Shown here piece by piece: positions 1 through 6,472 of a stretch of DNA of 55,951 nt. Where the stretch lies: positions 1 through 55,951 of IMG/VR virus record IMGVR_UViG_3300025828_000030; one strand, written 5' to 3'. Below the pieces are notes generated by a model that did not search any database, was not told the DNA's origin, and saw only the letters and a program-made list of their open reading frames with translations. How positions within the stretch are numbered: position 1 is the stretch's first letter; the number at the start of each line of letters is the position of its first letter. The position numbers were made by a program, and so were the translations under genes. Origin of the DNA: a virus. Lineage: Duplodnaviria; Caudoviricetes.

Positions 1-655
1 TAGGTGGTATTCCTCTTACAGCTATTTCTTGTATACCAACTTCATTGGTAGTAATGATATAAGTTCTTGCACCTGTAAGTGTTTTTAATACCTCTGTTCC
101 AAATGAGCTTACATAACCGTCAGGTGTTTTAAGTAATAATGGTATTCTTCTAACCAAGTTATCTATATCAACCGGTGCACTAGCAATACCTTGGTTTGCT
201 TTTGCTTGTAATATATCTATATTCTGTATAACACCAAGTATAGGCATACCGCCAACATCATTACCTTTTATAACAGTGCCAGTGGTTTTAGGATACTCAC
301 CGTTTGCATTTTCAAACATAGCTAAGACAGATGGTATATATTCAAGAGTAGTGGCAAACACTTCATCACCACCCATGCGATCAGCTTGTGGAAAACCTAT
401 AACCCAACCCACACCTATAGCACCTTCATTTATTAAATCTACTTGTATTTGTGCAAGTGTCCTTCTAGGAAATGGCCAACCTCCTTGTTCTTCAATGTCT
501 TCTTCTGTAATGTTCAAGACAACAAAATTACCAGATGGCTCTGGCGTAGTAACAAAAGCGTCAAATACTTTGAGTTTTAGTATTTCAGTTGGAGTGCTTT
601 GAAATATAAGTGGCAGTGATAATACAACTAATATAGGAAAGATAAGTTTATTCAT
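1..655 (-). CDS. CHASE2-domain adenylate cyclase, N-terminal part (continues across the circular join into 55824..54695; 594 aa in total)
   Basis: Not in the ORF track. ATG at 655 overlaps the FecR stop (ATGA). Manual translation: MNKLIFPILVVLSLPLIFQSTP...VVLNITEEDIEEQGGWPFPRRTLA...DIDNLVRRIPL, carrying CHASE2-type WPxPR and DxxVRRIPL motifs. 655+1130=1785 nt, in frame with the 3' part. Confidence 0.9.
   Translation of the reverse strand, partial: MNKLIFPILVVLSLPLIFQSTPTEILKLKVFDAFVTTPEPSGNFVVLNITEEDIEEQGGWPFPRRTLAQIQVDLINEGAIGVGWVIGFPQADRMGGDEVFATTLEYIPSVLAMFENANGEYPKTTGTVIKGNDVGGMPILGVIQNIDILQAKANQGIASAPVDIDNLVRRIPLLLKTPDGYVSSFGTEVLKTLTGARTYIITTNEVGIQEIAVRGIPP
2..127. repeat. Terminal direct repeat / circular assembly overlap (left copy)
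   Basis: 2-127 is identical to 55826-55951; base 1 (t) differs from 55825 (c). Confidence 0.95.
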
Positions 656-1749
656 TTACTTTGAGTGATTGTAATAACACTATCACTTCCTCCGTTTACT
701 TTGATTGTATTAGAAACACCATCTTGTATCAAAATTACTGTGTAAGCGTTACTACCGTTTAAATCTAATCTTACGCTTTCGCTTACTTGTCTTCTAAGGC
801 TTATTACGTTTCCTGTAATTAAAGTAGTTATTTGTGTATCTGGATCATTACCTATTAAAGTACCAACTATTTGTGTGCTTGTAGCAAGTGCTAATTGATC
901 CTCTTCTTTTTCTACAGCAAGTGCATCTATTACATCTAACAAGTCTTCAAGAAAGTTTACATCTAGGTAATTTATATCTAGCTCAGTAAATTCTAGTTGG
1001 TCTTCGTCCAAAAAGTCTTCTGCTAAATAGTCAATATCTAAGTCGTTAAAATCAAGCAAGCTGTTGGTTTGTGTAATTGTTGTTTCTTCAACCATTATTT
1101 CTTCTTCTTTTGGCGGGCTAACAATCAGCATATTATCTATAAGATCTAGAGTAAGATCCAAAATTACAGGCTTTGTAGGAGATGATTCAAATACACTCAC
1201 AGTCGTTGCTTGATAAGGTTTATTAAGCAAAACAGAACCAGTAGCTGTTACAACCTCTATTTCACCACTAGATAAACCAAATTTATCAGGTAATAAAATG
1301 ATAAGACTACGGCCTAATTCATCCACAGTAGCTGTAAAGTCAGTGCCTCTTATCGCTATATTAGCAGTTGGTGTTTTAAGTTGTATGTTTTGCTTATCTA
1401 TTCTATTTAAGTTGCCTGTTATAAACCTAGCTGTACCTAAACCAAAGGTTAGAGCCATCTTAGACTTTGATGGATCTGGATCGTAAATATATTCGTCAAT
1501 AAGTAATTGTGAGTGTTCTGTAAGTTTTACAGTGGACTCATCAAGGAAGGTAATAGCCATCCTGCCATCTTTTGTTATAGCTTCATCATTGCTTTGTATA
1601 GCAAATTCTAAATTAGCTTCGTATGGCTTATCTCTTAGTATTTGTGCAGAACCTCTAAGCTCAGATATATCTCCTATATCAACAGCCTGTTGAGGTTCCC
1701 CCATCGTTTTGAGTGATACAAATATTACTATTAGAAGTAGTGCTTTCAA
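652..1749 (-). CDS. Exported FecR-domain protein with acidic linker and curlin-like C-terminus
   Basis: N-terminal signal peptide; FecR-type motifs DEAITKDGRMAITFLDESTVKL and LKTPTANIAIRGTDF; D/E-rich linker; ends ILIQDGVSNTIKVNGGSDSVITITQSK. Confidence 0.85.
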   Translation of the reverse strand: MKALLLIVIFVSLKTMGEPQQAVDIGDISELRGSAQILRDKPYEANLEFAIQSNDEAITKDGRMAITFLDESTVKLTEHSQLLIDEYIYDPDPSKSKMALTFGLGTARFITGNLNRIDKQNIQLKTPTANIAIRGTDFTATVDELGRSLIILLPDKFGLSSGEIEVVTATGSVLLNKPYQATTVSVFESSPTKPVILDLTLDLIDNMLIVSPPKEEEIMVEETTITQTNSLLDFNDLDIDYLAEDFLDEDQLEFTELDINYLDVNFLEDLLDVIDALAVEKEEDQLALATSTQIVGTLIGNDPDTQITTLITGNVISLRRQVSESVRLDLNGSNAYTVILIQDGVSNTIKVNGGSDSVITITQSK

Positions 1750-2410
1750 TTTTTAACCAATCCCTAGCCAATGTAGATGCTTGTATGATGTTAAAAGTGT
1801 TACTGCTACCATCAAGATCCATATAAAAATAACCAGAATCAGATGATGTAGTGCCTGCATAACCACTAGCAGTAAAATTCACCACGTTGGAACCACCATT
1901 TATATCTACATAATTAACAGCATTAGCATAGTCAATGTCAAAATCAAACTCGTTTGAACTACCTAAAATAGTCCAATCTAAATCTAAGTAAGATGAATCG
2001 GAGCTTTCAGCAATTTTTAAATCAAACTCATTGCTACTACCTGTTACGTCTACGTATAAGTTTACATAGTCTGAACTTATTAAGCCTGTGCTGTTAAGCA
2101 ATATATCCATAATATTACTATCACCATCAAACTCAAAGAACCCAGTAAAGTTGTCGCCATCGATAGCGTCTGATCTAAATAAGTTGCTTGAACCGATTTG
2201 ATTTATATCTAGCGTCATGCTGACACCATCAAGGTCAAGAGCAGTCATTGTTCCAGAAACAGCTTCCGTACCACCAATAAGGTTGGAACTACCTAGCTGT
2301 TCTAAGTCAATGGATGCACTATTTCCACTCTGGTCTATGTATATTTCATTGTCAGCTGCAACGTGAACAAAAGAAAAAACAAGAAATAAGCACGTAAGTT
2401 TATTCTTCAT
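1679..2410 (-). CDS. Curlin-like (CsgA/CsgB-like) secreted beta-repeat protein
   Basis: Signal peptide ending VAA; repeats IDQSGNS, LEQLGSSN, INQIGSSN, FDGDSN, VTGSSN, ILGSSN, INGGSN, LDGSSN; directly downstream of csgG. Confidence 0.75.
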   Translation of the reverse strand: MKNKLTCLFLVFSFVHVAADNEIYIDQSGNSASIDLEQLGSSNLIGGTEAVSGTMTALDLDGVSMTLDINQIGSSNLFRSDAIDGDNFTGFFEFDGDSNIMDILLNSTGLISSDYVNLYVDVTGSSNEFDLKIAESSDSSYLDLDWTILGSSNEFDFDIDYANAVNYVDINGGSNVVNFTASGYAGTTSSDSGYFYMDLDGSSNTFNIIQASTLARDWLKIESTTSNSNICITQNDGGTSTGC

Positions 2411-3257
2411 TACTCGATTCTACTCCTACTTCTTCTGTTTGTAAAACCCAATACCCCTTGTCGAAACCCTGGTTTATTATCTCAAGAACACCACCCTCAA
2501 TAGCTTTCATTAACGCTATGGTAGACGATTCATTTCTAGCATTGCCTAGCTCTATCTCTACAAGCTCTGTGTCCATTTCAATAAATCTAAATACATCATT
2601 AGTTTTACCATAACTAAATATAGTTTTTTGACTAAGCACCTCTAATAAAACTTCTCCTGTAGCTACAGAAATCATGCGTAGACTTACAGTTATATTATCT
2701 TCTCTATACTGAACACTATTACCAATACCTAAATAACGAGCACCTGATCCACCAGATTCAAGGTTTGCTTCGTATGATATGACCGCACCTTCTATAAGTA
2801 TTCCTGCAAAGAGTAATGGTGCTAGTTGTTTTTTCTTTTCTTCTTCACTAGCAAACTGCTCTCTTGCTGATCTTATAAGCTGTCTTTCTTTAGTTAAATT
2901 ATCCAAACCAACTCTTTCTACAACTCTAAAAAACTGACCATTGCCAGCGTGTTTTAAGGCTCTTATAAGCAAAGCATTAGGTTGTTGAGTAATAGCTGTG
3001 CTAAATAAAGCGAATTCAGAGTTTGATTTACGTTGACCTGTTTGATCTGTAAAAGCCAAAGGATATACTGCAACAACGGGTCTAACTTTTGGTAAAGGTG
3101 CGTTTTTTAATTTATCGGATTGTAGCTCCTGGATAGAAACTATATTGTGTTGTTTAAACCTTTGCTCGTATGTATCTTCAAACTGATCAAATATAGAACA
3201 ACTAGAAAGTAAAAGAACCAATAGGCAAAGTAATCTCGGTGACGTTTCCATCAGCAT
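2400..3257 (-). CDS. csgG: Curli secretion outer-membrane lipoprotein CsgG
   Basis: Lipobox LLLSSC; CsgG motifs VAVY..FTDQTGQRK, FRVVERVGLDNLTKERQLIRS, GGSGARYLGIG, VSLRMISVATGEVL. Confidence 0.93.
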   Translation of the reverse strand: MLMETSPRLLCLLVLLLSSCSIFDQFEDTYEQRFKQHNIVSIQELQSDKLKNAPLPKVRPVVAVYPLAFTDQTGQRKSNSEFALFSTAITQQPNALLIRALKHAGNGQFFRVVERVGLDNLTKERQLIRSAREQFASEEEKKKQLAPLLFAGILIEGAVISYEANLESGGSGARYLGIGNSVQYREDNITVSLRMISVATGEVLLEVLSQKTIFSYGKTNDVFRFIEMDTELVEIELGNARNESSTIALMKAIEGGVLEIINQGFDKGYWVLQTEEVGVESSNEE

Positions 3258-3714
3258 CGGTTATCCGTAATGTAATAAATTGTCCATCAGATGTATATTC
3301 TATAATATTACCTTCAAGTTCTATAGTACCTTCATTTTGTGGTGTTTCGCCAAATAAATTATCTACAAGCTGTCTTGATAATTGTGCATATATTCTAGAT
3401 TCAAGATTTCTTAAAAATCTAGCTAAAGTAGTATTTTCTTTATCTCTTTCTATTTGTTCTTGTAAAGCTTTTATTTCTTCTTTAATTGTAAGCTTTCTTG
3501 TGTATTGTTGGTTCTCTATTGTTAGATAATGACTTGATGTACCAACGCCACTAAAACTTGGTGACTTAAACTTATGTACTATTTGATCTGCTTTTATTTG
3601 TTGCACAAAAATACCACCAAACAATAAAATACCTATAATTGTTACAATTTTAATAACAGTATCCTTTTCGGCTTCTTCTTTTATTGCTTGTTCTCTAGTC
3701 TTTTCTTTGGTCAT
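3202..3714 (-). CDS. csgF: Curli assembly protein CsgF
   Basis: Hydrophobic signal followed by ADQIVHKFKSPSFSG (resembles the CsgF N-terminal FxNPxFGG peptide); LESRIYAQLSRQLVDNLFG; C-terminal TEITLP; directly upstream of csgG. Confidence 0.85.
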   Translation of the reverse strand: MTKEKTREQAIKEEAEKDTVIKIVTIIGILLFGGIFVQQIKADQIVHKFKSPSFSGVGTSSHYLTIENQQYTRKLTIKEEIKALQEQIERDKENTTLARFLRNLESRIYAQLSRQLVDNLFGETPQNEGTIELEGNIIEYTSDGQFITLRITDADGNVTEITLPIGSFTF

Positions 3715-4045
3715 CTCTATCTGCTTTTGCTATTTTAGTGCTATCTATTAATTGTGGCACACCTAATATTGTCTTAATTAGTGTGTCCTGGCGTATAATT
3801 TCATTATCTAAACTACGCACTCTATCTATCAAGGCTACTAAAATACCATGTTGTGAGTCAAGTTTTGTGCCTAGGCGTTCTTCTATGGCTGCTATCTGTG
3901 ATTCTACTTTTTCATCAACAGTGTCTAATTTAGCCTCCATACCGTCTACGATACGTATGACCAACTTGTAAATAAACCAACCAAGTCCAACAGCCGCAGC
4001 TATTGGAAAACCGACTTCTTGAATAACTGTAACTGCTGAATCCAC
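3695..4045 (-). CDS. YvrJ-like single-TM coiled-coil protein (possible holin/anti-holin)
   Basis: N-terminal IQEVGFPIAAAVGLGWFIY TM segment followed by a coiled coil. Confidence 0.55.
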   Translation of the reverse strand: MDSAVTVIQEVGFPIAAAVGLGWFIYKLVIRIVDGMEAKLDTVDEKVESQIAAIEERLGTKLDSQHGILVALIDRVRSLDNEIIRQDTLIKTILGVPQLIDSTKIAKADRDDQRKD

Positions 4046-4839
4046 TATGCAGGAAAAGGTCTTTTTTCTATATAAATAAAATCTATAGCAGCAGATACCG
4101 CAAGATTTGCGTTTGAGCTACTAGCTATGGCTCTTACCTCTAAGTCAGTCTTTTCTGCAAACTTTATTGGATGTTTAAACTCTTGATGAATAATGTCTTG
4201 TGATAAAGCAAACTTATCCTTGACGTTAAAAACTCCGCCCTCTGGTCTTGCTACTAAGGATACTGTACCGTATTTATTAGCCACTTCAGTATTCATGCTA
4301 ATATCAACTTGATGTAAATAGGCGTTATAACCTCTAGGTACAGTCCAAAAACACATAAGCGTTTGATTATCACCTACAGCTATAGTGCCGTATTTATTAG
4401 CTGGTACGCCAGAACTTACTGTACCTGTACCTGCATATATAACTCCAGCGTTTTGACCACCAGATCCTGCTGTATCAACAACCATTCTAAATACTCTTAA
4501 AAAAGATTGAGTAGTATTAACTGCTGTTTGACCGTTCAAAGTAACGGATTCGCTTATCTCGTCATAGTTAGCATCAAGACCGTTAATAGTTATAGTCCTT
4601 GCACCAGTTCCTGCTGATGTATCATTTGCTGAAGAGCTAGATATTTTTAAAACTGTAGCGGAGGTTAAGTAACTATATAAACCACCTTCAGCCCATACGG
4701 TTTCTAAAGAATCGTCTATATCAGCATTAAAACCAAACTTAAATTGTGTTTTATGAAAAGCAACCTGCCCTCTTGATACTTGTAGTTCAAAAGGTTCTGT
4801 TGTGCCAACTCTAGATATTGATGAAACTTCTTGAGCCAT
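4045..4839 (-). CDS. Conserved phage protein, probably structural
   Basis: 264 aa, beta/Gly/Thr-rich, coupled to neighbours in the late operon. Confidence 0.55.
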   Translation of the reverse strand: MAQEVSSISRVGTTEPFELQVSRGQVAFHKTQFKFGFNADIDDSLETVWAEGGLYSYLTSATVLKISSSSANDTSAGTGARTITINGLDANYDEISESVTLNGQTAVNTTQSFLRVFRMVVDTAGSGGQNAGVIYAGTGTVSSGVPANKYGTIAVGDNQTLMCFWTVPRGYNAYLHQVDISMNTEVANKYGTVSLVARPEGGVFNVKDKFALSQDIIHQEFKHPIKFAEKTDLEVRAIASSSNANLAVSAAIDFIYIEKRPFPA

Positions 4840-5219
4840 TAATAATCACCCCAAACTTTAGTTTTAGTGCCACCATGATATTCAACTGCGTGACCTTCTT
4901 TGATAAGCATTTGGCATATATCTTTACCATCTTCAGTATATGGTATACCTAGTATGCGACCATACTTGCCTTTACCTAAAGATTTAATTTTAAATTTACC
5001 TGTGCAAAGTTCTTTGAGTCTTTCTTTTGCGGCTAGGCCTAATTTTTTTTCTGCTAAATCCCTGGTTCTTGACTCTGGTGTATCTATGCCGTGTAGACGA
5101 ACACGTTGTTTGTGTAGTTTTACGTCAAAGCCTAGATCGAGACAGCAATCAAAAGTATCACCGTCTACGATCCTTTCTAATGTTGCGTTATAAACAAACG
5201 CATCAGGAGATTTAGCCAC
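4839..5219 (-). CDS. Thermonuclease (staphylococcal nuclease-like)
   Basis: SNase motifs IVDGDT, RVRLHGIDTPE, KYGRILG; no signal peptide. Confidence 0.88.
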   Translation of the reverse strand: MAKSPDAFVYNATLERIVDGDTFDCCLDLGFDVKLHKQRVRLHGIDTPESRTRDLAEKKLGLAAKERLKELCTGKFKIKSLGKGKYGRILGIPYTEDGKDICQMLIKEGHAVEYHGGTKTKVWGDY

Positions 5220-5388
5220 TGTTGTCAGTAAAGCTTTTCTTTTTCTTTACTCTTTTAGTGGTATATGCTTCGTTAACATTTGGTGTAGATTTATCATCTG
5301 CAACGTAATGTCCTTTTTTGTTCCTGGCTCTTACTTTTACTTTTTCGGTGCCAGTAACTTTATCCCATAATTTTGCAAAAATACCCAT
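5212..5388 (-). CDS. Small basic phage protein (58 aa)
   Basis: Manual translation MGIFAKLWDKVTGTEKVKVRARNKKGHYVADDKSTPNVNEAY...; fills the gap between neighbours. Confidence 0.75.
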   Translation of the reverse strand: MGIFAKLWDKVTGTEKVKVRARNKKGHYVADDKSTPNVNEAYTTKRVKKKKSFTDNSG

Positions 5389-5389
5389 A

Positions 5390-5551
5390 CTAGTTACCCT
5401 TGTCTTTTGCTTTTAAAATGTTAAGAGCTAATAAATCTATAAATTTATACAGCTTACCAATCCAAGCATCATCTTTGGGTGTAGGAGTTGTTGCTGCAAC
5501 TATAGAAGCAACTGTGACAATAGTGGTTACCCACATAATTATATCTGCCAT
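5390..5551 (-). CDS. Small membrane protein (53 aa, possible holin-like)
   Basis: Manual translation MADIIMWVTTIVTVASIVAATTPTPKDDAWIGKLYKFIDLLALNILKAKDKGN; TAATG coupling to the upstream ORF. Confidence 0.75.
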   Translation of the reverse strand: MADIIMWVTTIVTVASIVAATTPTPKDDAWIGKLYKFIDLLALNILKAKDKGN

Positions 5552-5745
5552 TATTCATCTTCCTCTGGTTGTGGATCTTCTGTAAGATCCTGGGTTTCTT
5601 CTGGCTCAGCAAACTCTTTGAGTTGCTCAACCACCTCTTTTCTTAAAATAGCAACGCCTTCTAATTCATCACCATTCCAAGAACCTCTTTTAGTTGCTAC
5701 GTCAATAAGTTGTAACATACCTAATAAAAATTGTTTCTTCTCCAT
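5551..5745 (-). CDS. Hypothetical protein
   Basis: AGGAG RBS upstream; 64 aa with acidic tail. Confidence 0.7.
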   Translation of the reverse strand: MEKKQFLLGMLQLIDVATKRGSWNGDELEGVAILRKEVVEQLKEFAEPEETQDLTEDPQPEEDE

Positions 5746-5774
5746 TTTTTTCTCCTTTTTTTATATTATTAAAA

Positions 5775-6122
5775 TTAACTACCTATAGTCTTAGTAACGC
5801 TTGTTGGTGTGATGATTTCAGCTATCTTTGCATCTAATACTGCTTTTTTTTCTGCAACATCATCAGCTCCAAAAACTCCTTCAACCCAGCTTTGTACGTC
5901 AGAAGCTGTCAAATCTGCAAAAGCTGTAAAGCTTGAAATGTCTGAAGTATCTAAATCACAAGTCCCGTATGAAGTAGCAGTAATGTTGTTGCCATCAGCA
6001 TCCTGATTAGCATCGTCTTCTGCTGTTAATCTCCAATGCACGTTATAAACAACGTCTGCATTACCATCTAGTGTTGGGTATGTATCAACTGTTGAAACGT
6101 TCCAAGTATAATTAATTGCCAT
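5775..6122 (-). CDS. Tail-fibre-associated small protein (putative chaperone)
   Basis: 115 aa downstream of the tail fibre; YTW..VVYNVHWRL motif. Confidence 0.6.
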   Translation of the reverse strand: MAINYTWNVSTVDTYPTLDGNADVVYNVHWRLTAEDDANQDADGNNITATSYGTCDLDTSDISSFTAFADLTASDVQSWVEGVFGADDVAEKKAVLDAKIAEIITPTSVTKTIGS

Positions 6123-6124
6123 TT

Positions 6125-6418
6125 TTATTCTCCTGTGTTTTCGTTAGCGTTTCTTTTTGCAGTTTTAACTGCGTCTGTCCAAACTGTTGAAGCTATGCCC
6201 TGAACCTCTGTAGACTCTCCTGATACGTCTGTATCTGTATGAGTCCAAGTATCGTCATCATTCTTTACAGAGCTTACACATTCTAATGCGTGTCTATGAA
6301 AAGACCTACTAAGCTCTACGCCATCTTCTTTGATGACTGTAGCTGTTCTTACTTGTATAGTTTTGTAGTCTCCTACAACTTCTATTTTATCTTCTATTAT
6401 TTCTTTTGTTATTGCCAT
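6125..6418 (-). CDS. Tail-fibre-associated protein (putative chaperone)
   Basis: Start at MAITKE (6418) after an AAGGAG RBS is preferred to the ORF-track start; DKIEVV..IQVRTATVIKEDGVELSRSFHRH. Confidence 0.65.
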   Translation of the reverse strand: MAITKEIIEDKIEVVGDYKTIQVRTATVIKEDGVELSRSFHRHALECVSSVKNDDDTWTHTDTDVSGESTEVQGIASTVWTDAVKTAKRNANENTGE

Positions 6419-6472
6419 TCTATTTTCTCCTTTGTCCGTACCTAGCATCCACTAGGTATATTAGTTAAATTG

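Noticed and set aside
1-127. Biological terminal repeat
   Set aside because: It falls mid-gene and its length matches a typical assembler k-mer overlap.
276-602. 108-aa plus-strand ORF, and most other short plus-strand ORFs in the late region
   Set aside because: Antisense to well-supported minus-strand genes (here the CHASE2 domain).
1-3714. Host chromosomal contamination or prophage flank
   Set aside because: The cassette overlaps phage genes on both sides of the circle and looks similar in base composition; no integrase or att site seen.
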